From Syncephalis fuscata S228 (taxonomy: Eukaryota > Fungi > Zoopagomycota), in contig JAHLTZ010000002.1 in assembly GCA_025786725.1 (NCBI GenBank), positions 62,001 through 126,000 of the forward strand: DNA of 64,000 nucleotides. Reading direction: 5' to 3'. Of this stretch, positions 36,336-50,183 are shown piece after piece; the first letter of the stretch is position 1, and each line of letters opens with the position of its first letter. The notes under the pieces were generated by a model. That model did no database searches. It had not been told where the DNA came from and saw only the letters and a list, made by a program, of their open reading frames with translations. A program made the position numbers and the translations under genes.

Positions 36336-37268
36336 ATAGCTTGATTGACTCGTAATTAAAAAAGCAGTTTGAATTAATTAATTTGTTTATACTTGTAAAC
36401 AAACTTAATTATTTGCTAATTGGTTTAAATCGCCTATAATATATACGCAAAAAGAATAAAGCAATTGTGTGTATGGCATAAAAGCCTGAGTAGCAATAAC
36501 AAATATTATTGATGTCTAAACTTAATACTTTAAAATGATAGTTTTCTATATTAATGTAGTTTTATTCTAATAGCGGTGTGATTACCATTATATCGATATC
36601 TAAAATTTAAATTGGCACTACACTATTCTTAGCCATCTATTACATTCATTAACAAGATATTTTAAATTAAAGTATAAAAGGAGAAGCTTTGAATTGTGCT
36701 TTGACTCTTACATTTTGAGTGCTTAAAGTAAAATGTATTTTAGCTGAAGTCATGCCATTGCTATATACAGCATAGTTGTATTGCTTTTTATTAAAATATT
36801 GCTGATAAACTGATTTAAATAAACAATATATCATACTATTTGATTCTTTGAAACATTTGAGCTGATCATTGTTGTTGTTGTTGGTCACGTGTAGAAAGAT
36901 TGATTGAATATTGCTTATTAAAATACATAATCTTGATTATATCTTTTAATTTTACACCTACTCTCTAGCTGATTAGCAGGTATAATCCATTATTTTATTA
37001 AAATTTATATCATAAAATTTTGGCATGAGCCCCGTATCTTTTATTTTCAAAAAGCAGGGGGACAAGTAAGATAGCTCCGAAACTTTAAATTTTAGTTAAT
37101 TCGATTGGTAGCAGTCACACACCCTTGCATTGTATCTTTTCATAAACCGTTTTGTTTCATCGAAAACCACAAAAGCTGCTGTTTGTTCTGCTTTATCCAT
37201 CAATCACACATTTATCAATATACGCAACTACACACATCCAAATACGTACAATAATATAGTTTATTACA

Positions 37269-39885
37269 ATGAACAGCTTTGGAGAAAAAGGTGCAGGGAG
37301 TATATTCTCCCCTGGAGACACCAGCGGAACTGCATCCAAACCGATTGTATCGTCACCATTGTCAAATGCCAGCGTCCAGGTTTGCAACACACTTACAGGC
37401 GATATTGTCGATCCAAGTCCAGTTATTGAAGAGTTCCAGTACTTGCTAGAAAAAAGTCAACAGATGTTTTCCGGGCTAAGGTAGACTTGTGCAGGATAAG
37501 CTGATTCAAGATTATTGATAAATATCTGTTATTAGAGATTTGACGCCGTTAGGCAGTCGACATTGGCGCGGCTATTTCCAAAAAACATTTGAAGTATATA
37601 CACGAGTAAGTATTAGCATGCTGCTAAATAAAACTAATATATATGTTTGTTAGCTATGGCAATTCCAGCAAAAACATCGGTTAGTAGATATTATTGGCCA
37701 TTGTTGCGGCCATTTTAGTCATGGTGAATAGTCAGCATAACAACTAATGGTTATAAATTAGAACTATGCTAGTAGATGCGTATGGTTTAAAGCGCTGGGA
37801 AATTGGAGAAATTGCTTCAAAGATTGGACAATTATATTATCATTATTAGTAAGTGATATAGACTTGTAGAGGTGGTGTTAACACCAAAGTATTAGTTTGC
37901 GCACCAGCGAACGCAGATATCTACAAGAGTCGTCAGTTTTTTATGAAGCTATTCGAGACCGCGATTATTTTACAGATATATTCAATGCACACAAGTAAGT
38001 CGATGTAGCATATTGGCTGTTTACTTATAATGATCAATAGCCCGGGTCTAGCGATTAAATTGCTACGCTATTATGCTCGATTTATCGTTGTATCATTGCT
38101 GTTGAACAACAAGTCTATGGCATGGGTGCTGTTGGATGAATTAACCGCGGCCATTGATGAGTATAAACGTTTATTCAAGACAAATGACATCACCGAATGG
38201 CAATCGGTTATTCAGGAGATTAAATCATTTATTGAAGTAAGTAGCATTGTAACGTAAATAGCTACTTAACCTTCAACAATATTCTAGGCCGAAAATCATC
38301 TTATACCCAAAGGCATTAATGAAGGAATGGCCTCACTGCCGAATCTTGTCTCTTCAATTCGACCCAGTGTCGACCGAGAAGAGTCGCAACATTTACGTTT
38401 ACAGGAAGCCATACTTGTGGGGCACCAGCGTAACCAGGTATTGTCAAGGGCACATTTGTCAAAACAATACTTAAAAACAATACAATTAGATCAAGTTTTC
38501 TGAATTAACTGTTGATGTATATCGTATGATTCAAATTCTGGGTAAGTTATTATTATTATTGTTGTTGTTGTTATTATTTATTAATCAATCAAAAACGATA
38601 TAACTAGAACAATGGATCCCTCCAGAGCGACATGAAGAGGCACGAGCCAGCATAATAAACGATGTAAATCAGTTGAATGGTATTATGCCAGCCGTATCGG
38701 CAACCGGTGTAGCACCACCAACACCATTAAAGAATCCGCACAAGTACATTTTATTCAAGCCTACATTTAGTCAATTGAACACACATATTGCTACGGCATT
38801 TCAGGTAAGTTCACAACGATTTGATGCAATTAGCAAATGCTGACTTCAAGTGAACAGGAAACCAATGTCAACACTGCTCTATTAATATTCTTATCAGCCG
38901 ATGGAGTGAGCGCAATAGCAAAAAAGCCTGAACTTGATTTACTAGGTAAAGCTTATTTATTTATCCATCTATCTTGATTAATAATTATTAATCATTAATT
39001 ATTGATTATACAAAAAGATTATCGTGGTGGTATTGGCACAACGTCACGAATAGAAAACTGGACCACTGAAGATTCGCCCAGTTGGTCTTGCCTTCATCCG
39101 GGAGATCTTCGCTCATTCACGCGTAAGCCACTGTTTCTGGTCATAGAAAGTGACAACAGCATTGCCTATCGAGTAAGTAGCTTACATTATTAATATTGAC
39201 AATATTTACAAACCATGCTTACTATTTAGGCATTAATACCACTTTTTGGACAACCATTGCTCTGTCTACTATCGCCTACAAAATATCCAAACAAAGGTAT
39301 GTTGCACAAATAGCTGCACTATAATCATTCTAGCTTATAGTCATGCTAATACAAAATGAGCTTAGAAGTAAACCGCTACGGCAGTTTATATACTATTTTT
39401 CTTTATTCTCCATTACTGGGATTTGCACTCATTGCCAATATCCAAGAAACAGCTCAAGAGAACTGGACAATGGCCCTTCATCAACTGGCCCGTTTAGAAC
39501 ACTCGGTAATAGAAGCACTGTCCAATAATCCCGAGTTCGGTAGGTTTTATGTATTTCAAGTAGATTAATAGCTTACCATAATGACAAATAACAGCAGGTC
39601 CTAATCGACGCTTTTTACAAGACGATTTCTTGGCTCAGCTAATAGCACGTCACTGTATCTGCCACACACTATTATCACACCACGCATCATTTACCGAGAC
39701 AGTGGCAAGTGAAGCACTGTAGCTATTTATTAATGCTCACTAACTATTTGTAGAACCTACCAAGTACACATCCTCCACTGCCTTACAACACTGCAATTAT
39801 GCAAGTGTTGGAACAAGGACTTTATCAACTCGTATCGATGTTCCGAGTTGAGCAAATTTTCAATTTTGTTGATGCTCGTTGTTAA
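37269..39885 (+). CDS. SCAI: Protein SCAI homolog (multi-exon)
   Basis: EFQYLLEKSQQMFSGLRDL, TFEVYTRLWQFQQKHR, YGLKRWEIGEIASKIGQLYYHYYLRTS, LRYYARFIVVSLLLN, NPHKYILFKPT, LHPGDL.SFTRKPLFLVIESDNS. Confidence 0.92.
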
Positions 39886-40030
39886 CACGCGTTGTTTTTT
39901 ATCGTGATTTTTTTTATTTGTTTGTTTCCCTCTAATTCTCAACTTTATTTGAATACTAAAGTATGACATTATCTAATGCCAGTGTGAGTTGTGCAATCTA
40001 CCACTAGCGAGTGTTTATTGGTTCTAATGT

Positions 40031-42800
40031 ATGTCATACGTTCTACAGTTACTGGCCGATCTACAGGCAAAAAGTACTGAAATAACTGCGACACTATTCA
40101 GTCTACCGCGTATTGGACCACTTGAAGAGAATGCCATTAGCGTGGAAGATAAGACTCAGTTTACGCAACAGCTAAAGCATGCTCGTAATGGATTAGCAAG
40201 CATACACCAGTTGCTACATGCCACGCCCGAATGGTATGAACCTACTGCAGAAACTAATTACGGCAAAAGCATACTTAATGTAGCACTTGCTTGTATTGTT
40301 CACTGTCGCGGGTAAGTTGTAGCTGTAGTTAATATTATCCATTAATACAATTGTTAAATCCATATGATGCTTGTCCAGATGGATTCTAGCTCGTGCACTG
40401 ACAAATGATTTACCGCGAGTCTTACTTAAAAAGCTTGATGATCATATCACGCCACCCTTGGATAGTATATGCTTTATGTTGCTATATGGCAGTAAATTAA
40501 GCACAACTGATCGATGCCACGTTGCTCATACGATACTCACTCTATCGGCTAACACTATGGCTGACGAAGTAGTCAATAGCTTAAAGGGCACAATCCTCAA
40601 ATAGTGGTGGCATTTGTAGAGTTGCAACACTATCGATTAGTATTACAAAACTTTAGTGATCTACCTAGCGCTGTACGCATACAATTGATGCAAGGCACGC
40701 CAGATAAAGACAAGAACGGTAACTTGATACTTCCCTCGTTAACCAACACTTTTCTATCGTTTGTTGATCGAAATGGCCCATCATTGGCCGCATGGACTAC
40801 ATCCGATGCCCTACTCTCGCTAATCTTTACGGGTGGCAGTAGTGCATGGACACAACTGGTTACAATGTTGGCGTTCTTTGCCTATCAACAGTCATCGGAA
40901 ACATTTACCTACTGGGAACATGATATACTGAGTGGTATATTGAACGGTATGGATATTACGGCCATTATTTCAATTGAGGCATGGGCCATCGTATCACGTC
41001 GTTTATCTATTCCACATCTACAGTCGACGGTACTAGTACTATGCAAGCTGGTAAGATGCAGTTAATATGTGTAATATATACTAACACACTATATCAATAG
41101 TTACAACGGGTCTATTCCGTGGTGCCACTACGTGATCGATTAGCCTATTTACTTGGAAGATTGGTCACAAGACTACCTACACCTGAAATGGTAAATAACT
41201 AATAAGCTATTATAGACGTATATGTGTATATATCATTTAATAATTTTGATATTAGAGCGCCATATTAAACGAATTGTTGGCGCCATTACAGACAGCTAGC
41301 CATGCTTATGGTGGAAAGTTGGAGGAAACATTTGGACTATTTGCCTATTTTCCATTGGCATCACTATCTTCAACGTGTCAGCAGTTGGTAGGTTATGCAA
41401 TTATGTAGTTAGACGGTGAATTACAACTCATTTGTAAATAGGCAGCTGAAACAATCGATAAACGAGCAACTCAAGTATTGGATACCCTATCCATGGTAGT
41501 TATGGATACTAAAGCTCATAAGAAAGATATAGATGCCATTCTTGCACTAGTAAGTCGATATGAATCCATACTGCCGTATATTGATCAATTAAACTACAAT
41601 AGATTACTCCTGTAAACTGTTTAATCAACATTATGGATTATGTAAAAACATCAATTACATCCAAGAATACTGAACGAGTTGTAAAGAGGATTCCACAACT
41701 ATTACGAGAATGTCATGCCTGTGCTATTGAACAGCCAGGTCGACTAATTGAGGTAATTTGATTGATTTATAAATGGCAATTCATAATTTATTTGTATAGA
41801 TTACAAAAAGTATACATGCTTTGTTGTTACTGAGCACAACGATAACAGAAATGACATCTACATTTGCTTGTGAGGTGAGATAGCATTGATATATGAATAT
41901 CTATTTAACCATACTAACCAGCTATACCAATAGATTCTTTCATTTCTTGTTCAATGGATGACTATTGATCCTACAGGATTGGGTAAATTCTATGCCTTAA
42001 GATTTGCCGGCAATTGTAGCATTATTCAATTTCAAGATGTTGAAAAGGTAATATAAAACATTGATATAATAATCAGTAGCTTATACTTGTGCCTATAACT
42101 ACAATATATATATATATTTATATACTAGATTAAAGCATTTAATCTATTAGCGCGTATATTTACAGCAGCATGGCAAACTACAGCAATATTTATTCGACAT
42201 GTAGCATTCACTCAGTTTGTACGTAATTATTACTATTTACAATACTTTTCAATTATCTATATTTACGCTATTTGATCTATTAGACTCGATTTGCCACTCT
42301 AACTCCTCATATAGATTTAACAGTGCGATTGGCGCCTGCACATATACAGGAAGAGTTGGCCAATTTTATGGCCAAAAAGGCTGCCACCTGTCCCGAACAA
42401 GACAAAACATATTATAAAGATTCATCAGAGGTAAATCAGTTAGATCTTAATGAGGCTTGTATTAATGGTGGACAATTAGACGGTTAAAGAACTATACTGG
42501 ATATTTGATTTATTAGGCTGTACATCTAATGAATCGACCAATCTTCATAGCATATCGGCTGTAATGACAATAGAAACAAATGTATCTATACCAGCTACAG
42601 CAAGATCTATATCCTGTAACAATGCAAGTCCCTTGAATCCAGAAGAATCGGTAACACTCGAGTCATGTCTTGCTGCCTCTCACATAGTACGCAGATATAT
42701 TCGCCTAATGAAAAAACAAACACTTGAAAAGGCTGATCCTACACTAATGAAATCTTTATTAACATTACGACGTGAACTGGATACATTAGATGTTGATTAA
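40031..42800 (+). CDS. Helical protein resembling FIRRM/C1orf112 (FIGNL1 partner), multi-exon
   Basis: ISIEAWAIVSR..HLQSTVLVLCKL..RLAYLLGRLV and C-terminal IRHVAFTQF|TRFATLTPH..LANFM resemble my recollection of DUF4487 segments. The gene is clear; the identity is tentative. Confidence 0.5.
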
Positions 42801-42926
42801 TCCAGTTTAACAATGTAATGTTAATATAATAATTGCAAATAAATAAATAAATATTAATTTTATTACTAGTAATTTATATTAAATTAAATACACGATTTTA
42901 CACCACCTATCTTTACTATTACTATT

Positions 42927-43933
42927 ATGTTCCGTCTCCAATGTCTAAGCGGTATTCGTACGGGTTTGACTCGTGTGACAACACCGCGTAGTCTACTAGG
43001 TCCACTGGGTCTATTGACAGAATCTAAACTACAATCAATGTTACAGCCTGTTCTACGTCAACGCTCATTTCAAACAACACCGTCTTCTACGATACTTACT
43101 AAATACCATAGCTCGATTACACGAGCATTCTCTTCTTCTTCCTATTCTACTACTACTACTACTACTCGCTCGTTATGTGCTTATCCATTGAAACGCGTTG
43201 GATTCACTTCTTTTCTACGATGCACTCAACCTTTACTATTAGGCAATACTATAGATTCACCGCTATCCTATGCTATACCATTAACGTCGCGTAGCTATAC
43301 TACTACACCACCAGGTCAGCCACCTAATCACCAACAGCATCGTATACGTACCTCGCTATTCTATGCTGTATCGGTGGCGGTTCTACTGCTTGGCCTTAGT
43401 TATGCCGCCGTACCTCTTTACCGTCTCTATTGCAGTGTTATGGGCGCCGGTGGCAAAGCGGAAGTAGCCTCCGATAAATTCCAACCGGAAAATCTCGTAC
43501 CGCGACGCGATGCACGACGTATCCGTGTCACGTTTAACTCGGATGTAAGTCAAGCGCTGAATTGGTCGTTTAAGCCTCAACAAAAAGAAGTCTACGTCTA
43601 TCCGGGCGAGACGGCTCTCGTGTTCTACACGGCCAAGAATAACTCGGACAAGGATATTATTGGCATATCAACGTACAATGTCACACCGAGTAAGGCTGGT
43701 GCTTATTTCAACAAGATCCAATGCTTTTGCTTTGAGGAACAGCTACTACGGGCCGGTGAACAAGTTGATATGCCTATATTCTTCTTTTTAGATCCAGATT
43801 TTAGTGGTAAGTTCAACTCTGTCTGTCTTTTATTAACAGCTAATAACAACAACAACGTATAGATCAACCACAAATGCGTGATACTGATAGCGTCACATTA
43901 TCCTACACTTTCTTCAATGCTAAACAGTGTTAA
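42927..43933 (+). CDS. COX11: Cytochrome c oxidase copper chaperone Cox11
   Basis: SYAAVPLYRLYC, W.FKPQQ..V.VYPGETAL, YFNKIQCFCFEEQ. Last exon VTLSYTFF follows an intron. Confidence 0.96.
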
Positions 43934-43975
43934 ACTACTATTTTATTAATAAAGTCTATATACACATGCGATGGT

Positions 43976-44926
43976 TTAAGATGCCGAAGCACTATTAATA
44001 CGCTGCTCTAGCTTATTAAACTCATCCTGTGATACCTTCTCTTCTTCGTCGTATTCTTGTTCAACACCTTCAACTTCAGGCACGTAATGCTTCAACATAT
44101 TCTCAATGCCATTCTTAAGTGTAATGACTGACGAATCGCATGTACGACAAGCACCTTTAAGTTTCAAGCGAACAATACCTTCAGGTGTAAATCCACGATA
44201 TTCAACATCGCCACCATCCTCTTGAATCGATGGACGAATACGTGTATCTAGCAGTTCTTTAATCATTTTAACTGCTTCAGGGTCATCATCTAGAATGGCC
44301 GTGTCTGATGGTGCCTGTTCATCAGTTAGAATGGGTTGACCCGAAGCATAAAAGTCCATAATGGCCGAATAAATATCGGGTTTCATTAACTGCCAAGTGG
44401 CCAATGGATCTTTGGTCACTGTAATAAAATCCTGACCTATTATTATATTATATAATTAATATATGATTACTAATCAATATCACGATAACTACTATACTTA
44501 CCTAGAAATACATGTTTGACACCGTCAATTTGAAAGAGCAGTTTGGCGAGTGGTGAGGCAAATCCTTCACGAGCAGTTACAAATTCAATAGGTGACATGC
44601 CTTCAGCGAGAACAGTTTCACCAGGAAAGAATTTAATAGCATCTTCATTGGGCGTTACTCTATTTTGAATAAACATTGTACGCACTAATATACTGTGTAA
44701 GCTATCAAATAGAATAGTCCTAGTATTGCTGTAGTTGTAGTTAATTACCTTGTGATTGACCTACTCGAATAGATCGCGCCATAGGCACTGATCGCATCAG
44801 TGGCGTGATTGGCATACGACTATAACAACGAGCAGATACCATACGAGATGGTATTGGTTGAGATAGACAAAGACGTGTAGCTGTAAAAGCCGTACGGCCT
44901 ACCAATGTTCTTATTAATGAACGCAT
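43976..44926 (-). CDS. NFU1: Mitochondrial Fe-S cluster carrier Nfu1
   Basis: Presequence, MFIQ...[41 protein letters not shown] (CxxC). Confidence 0.95.
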
Positions 44927-45120
44927 CGTTATTGTAAGTTGTAGTAAAAGAGTAAGCAGCTACACTTGTTAGAATACAAACGATGTCATTGAACAATAAT
45001 TAAGATGAAATATCAAATTATTTTATAGATTGATTTTGATGATTTCTCATCAAATTTACTCTATTCTTTGCTGTTTTTAGTTCCAATTACTGTTGCCATT
45101 AGCAAGTAGTATTTGCAGGT

Positions 45121-46439
45121 ATGGTACGTTTGAACGGAGATCAAGAACGGGGTATGCCACTATTAAGCGTGGGCTTTCTTAGTATATAGCTAACTGATCA
45201 ATACTTGTCATGGCATCATATCCATACTGTTAAAACACTAGAGTCGTCACCCAAGACTATTATGGGTAGGTATAAGATTGAATTGTTTAATAATATATAT
45301 ATATATATATAATACTATGTATATGTAGAACTTACAGAAGCCGGTATACAAGCATTAAGCTCCTATGCAGAAGGAAAGCAAGATTCCAAGTAAGCAATAG
45401 TATAAAATAGCTATTTATTTAGTAACAATTATTATTATTATGTTATTATGTTATCCAGTCTTTCCTGGGGACAATTACGCGTTGAAATAAGAAATGGAAT
45501 CAATAACGTACGTGTCATTTAATTGACATGTCAATGAATAGACATCAGACTATAGATTATAATAACCATACTAATATATTAATAATATGTTAATAGAATG
45601 TTACACTATTAACTACCATGGCTATTGAGCAGGAATCTATCAAATCACGGCGCAATCTACGAAGTGTCGATAAACCAATCGAGGAAATACAAGGAGAGAG
45701 AAAGAATAATGAGCTGTATATTGGCTCATCAGACTCATATTTAAAGAAAATGAAGGCAATCATACTACAAATACTGCTAATGTGGATTCAACTAGAACAG
45801 ATACAGAAATGATTTGTATAATGATGAATCAACACCTCCAGCCACTGCTGCACTGTTTCAAATGGATTCACCAATCTATGCAGAAGATATTGCCGATGAG
45901 ATAGAGGAAATGATTATTCCTATTAGACAAGTTGTTATGGACTGTTTAGATAATAACTTTGAAAGGTAATTATATAGAATAGCAATAGTAACAATAGTAA
46001 CAATAGGATGGAATACTTTTGGTATTAGTGGGCCACCATTTACGATTCAACGACTGGCTGAATTGGTTCTTAAACCAACAGAACACTATAATGAACCAGA
46101 TAAATACTTACGGGCAGTTCAACGGGTAATTCATTGCACATTTAGTTAATAGTAGTTATTGATATGAGTTGAATACTAGATGGTTATGGTAACCTCAACG
46201 CCATTTGACTATCCACCTGTATCGACGGAGAATGGAACTGGACAATTGGGTGAATTTAGTACACCTATAGGATTAACTACTATTGGATCGACATCATCTT
46301 CGGATAATAAGTGGAAATGGACGTGCCAACAACGGTAGTCCATGCTATTCATGAAGACACGCCACTAACAGAGGAAACAGCATCGATGTCACAGGATAGC
46401 AATAGTAGCGATATAGTTAAAGATGAGCCGATAACTTAG
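45121..46439 (+). CDS. PPP4R2: Protein phosphatase 4 regulatory subunit 2 (PPP4R2/Psy4)
   Basis: Exon at about 46029-46126 encodes PPFTIQRLAELVLKPTEHYNEPDKYLRAVQR, followed by MVMVTST. The 5' end is approximate. Confidence 0.8.
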
Positions 46440-46574
46440 ACACAACAGTATAAATAAGAAGTGTAGTTAAAATCTCCATAATTCTATTGCTATTAATTAA
46501 TTACTACAGCTACTATTTGTGTTTTAAAAATGATCAATTGTTTAATGCGCAAATAAATGAATAACAATGCAAAA

Positions 46575-47200
46575 TCACAATTTAAACTCGATTTCTGCAT
46601 TAAGACAAGCAATTGGTGTATCGTCACCTGAGAATACTCGTGCTTTTACATGGAATTTGCCCTATTAATTAGTTTAATAAAATATAAAAGTTTAATTAAC
46701 ATAATTCAAACAACTTCGTATTTACTTACGGGTGGAATCTCCTTAGGTAGATCGATACTGCGTTCAAGTGTAATTTTGCCTGGTCCAAGGGGACATTCAA
46801 CGTCGGCTTGGGTGATTTCTTTGCATAAATCAAACTTTTTATTAATTAGTTTGATAAAGCCATACTTGACCTCGACTTGAGCATAGCTGCCTTCGACCAC
46901 TGCTTCAGAGAATGTTCCCGTAGCATTGATGTGAAGTGTTTGACCACGACCTGGTGGATCAGGATTAAGTTGTATATCTTCGATTTGCAGAATATAGGAA
47001 GAGTCGCTACAGTCATAGAGCGACTCGCCATACTTTTTGCCCAAATCAGGTTGAACAGAAGAGAATAAGCCGCTGCCTCCATCATCTTCATTGTCGCCCA
47101 ACTGCCATAGCACACGTTCAATCGACGAGGCCTCCAGTAATAGTGCTTGTGAGAACAATACTGCGGCAAACCCGCCTAGTGAAAGGTAGAATAGCTTCAT
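46575..47200 (-). CDS. NPC2: ML-domain sterol/lipid transfer protein (Npc2 / PG-PI transfer protein)
   Basis: Signal peptide; LYDC..I.LNPDPPGRGQTL, VKYGFIKLI..FDLC..CPL..LPKEIPP|GKFHV..IACL. Confidence 0.93.
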
Positions 47201-48397
47201 GTTGAGAGAATAGTCAATATGAATGCAGCCTAAATAAAGCACAAGACTACAAATAGCCGTAGCAATGTGGTATGGACAGTGGAATCACGGTAGAGATAGA
47301 AGGTAAAAGTTAAAGGTATAAAGCAAGGATAGAGCGAGTGATGCGAGGGATAAGTTGAAAGGATTAGAAAAGAATAGGAGTTGCGTGTAAACGTGAGTGG
47401 GAGTGTATTGAGTGTATTACTAGTATCAGCAGTCCGTTTCTAACGAATTGATAGGAAAAAGAGGGGGCAATTCACTGGCACAAGTCACGTGTGCACTTGT
47501 TCGTCGTTGGGGAACATTCGATGTTTATGGCTCAGAATACTGAACATACATCGTATTTCTGGCTAACACCTACGATGACTTTTACAAACTATTAACTATA
47601 ATGAGTTAACACAGGGATTTAATAAGTAGAGCAGATATATTATTGTTTGCATGTGTGTCTCTACTATCTTTGGATTCAGTAGACTATATTGTAGTGTTTT
47701 GACTTTTATGTAATAATACCGTAATTGTCTAGCTTACAGTGGTGTTTTAGATATAAATGTAAACATGGAATAGAATAGTATTATGTGCAGCGTTTAATAC
47801 ACATTGGATAAATGCTTAGTAATGGTTATATATGCTATGATCAGTTGAATACTAATATGTATATCGACTATTTTGTCAAGACAATAAAATATTAATAATG
47901 CTTAGAAGAAACAGCCGTTGTTTTAAATAGTTAATGCAATGGCCATTATAGTTATTCAGCTCATTGCTAGACTATTATATGCTGATTATATATAGTGTTA
48001 TACATATAATTTAATACAAAGGATAGGTAGAGCTATAACGTGCGACTTGGAAGATGTAACTAGTTATTTATCATTCATAAGAGATATTGCTATATTGAAT
48101 TTAACATTTATCACTTTAGTAGTTGGCCATGATAACCAGTGGATATGGATAACGCTTTATATATTGATGAATAAAGGAAAGGACTAAATAGATTGAAAGA
48201 CACGAAATGGGTGTAACAGCTTGTTTTACAGCCTGACTTTATGGAATATTAGTCATTTACTGTTTAAATCATACCAAGTAGCATTTACAAGTAAATAGCT
48301 ATACAATATTAGCGCTTAATAAACAAATACATAATACATAAAATATATCACATAACTAAGACAATTGATTATAACATACTATGAATTATTTAATGAA

Positions 48398-49582
48398 TTA
48401 TTGATGAGAATGCCAGTTTGGATTATTAGTTAAAAGCATTTTTTCTAATGAATATATAGTGACTGCATCTGCTTTTTTTAAACATTCATTTCCATTTAGA
48501 TCATAAAGTCTAGAATCAATCCAGCTTGGTTTGTATAAAATCCTCGTTTTTCTTGTGTATGCATCATCTGTAAGCTTGCAAAATATTTCGATTTTTACTT
48601 CATCAGGAACAAGCTGAAGAATTGTTTTTATATTAATACGGTTTAGACTGGAACGCATAATCTCTGTTTCGTAATCAAGCTCTTTCTTTGCTGAAATTGC
48701 ATTATCGAATTAAAAAACTGTGGCGTATATTTACCATCTTTTTTCTTGGTGATGCAAATATCTAGCGATACAATCAATATAAGCATTATTAATAAACGCT
48801 ATACTTACTTTGAAGATTCTTGTGGACGTGCCATCCTGTTTTTCCTATAGCATCTAGACCTAATAATAATTTAATATATACCATATAAAAATAAGATTTG
48901 TACCTGACCCAATATTACGCCATAAATCCAATATCTTTTTCATATCAAGCTGCATTGCACTAGTTGAAAAGTTAGCATTATAGATATTATATGGAAGTAA
49001 TACTATTGAATTAGTCATACCTGAGGGGATTCTCAGCAAATTGTTTATATGTCTGTTCACATTGGCCTGGTAAGACATAGCATCTAATTTGTCCAGGAAT
49101 TATAAAACCGCCTTTAGGTACAGCAACAGAAAACTGTCGCTGTTAAATAGCGAAGAATGTGCCTTTAAATCCTGTTGATGATGATACTTGTTAGTTTTTG
49201 CATATCTATTGCTATATAAAACTTGCCTCGTATACTTGAAAAGCATTATTGTTTGGATTTGGATCTGATCCACACGCAAGTGTAATGGGTTGATTATATT
49301 GCGTTCCTTTGATATAGTGAACACCTTTAACTTCATATGGATTGTCAGTAAACTGAATATCATATATGGTAAATGGACTTTCTGAGTCGCTGTTTTTATA
49401 ACGCATAAATTCTACATAAATACTAAAGTCAGCAAATAACATGGATAAATTGGCGTAGACGTTTACCAATGAGCTTGGGCTCGGGCTTGGAGTTGAAGGA
49501 GCCTGGCATGCATTAGAATATGTAACTTGTGTGGCTAATACTAGCATAAATGTAGTGGCTACGATAGCAATAATGATTTCAT
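48398..49582 (-). CDS. Secreted kinase-fold (pseudokinase-like) protein, copy B'
   Basis: Inverted copy of 31687-32874 with the same exon structure. Confidence 0.7.
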
Positions 49583-50183
49583 TGTAGGTATGGCTTTGCC
49601 AAGGTTCAATTGTTGATTAAACCGATGTATTATTTATAATTTCAGTACGTAAGAAATGAAGTATGATGTGGTGGCTAGACGAATAAATACGCAAAATACA
49701 AATATTTATAGTAAAACGCATCGTGTAATAGTCGACATACTTACTGTGGGTTGGACAAATACAGTATACAGGTTTTAGGTAAGAAATCTTGAAAAACACC
49801 CAGAGTAAACTAAAAGCAAATACCTCAAACATCTCAACATGAATTTGAAAATGCAAATGTTTTGAAGCAGCATTCTCATTTCTATTTATATACTTTGAGC
49901 GACATGATGAAAGATGTAATCCGTTATGGTAATACCGGTTTGCGTATTTCTATTTTGAAACATTACTATCAGAAGAAATTGCAGATTCGTTCGTAAATGC
50001 CGCGGATTGCAACTACCTTTTTTGTTGATACCAACTATAGCTCATAGAAATGCAGTAAACTTAAACACAAATTCCTAATTAATAAACAAATACATGCTAC
50101 ACAAAATATATACACAGTTGTGGTAATTAAGCTATAATATGCTATGAGTTTATTTAATGGGCTATTGATTAGTTGTAAAGCTT

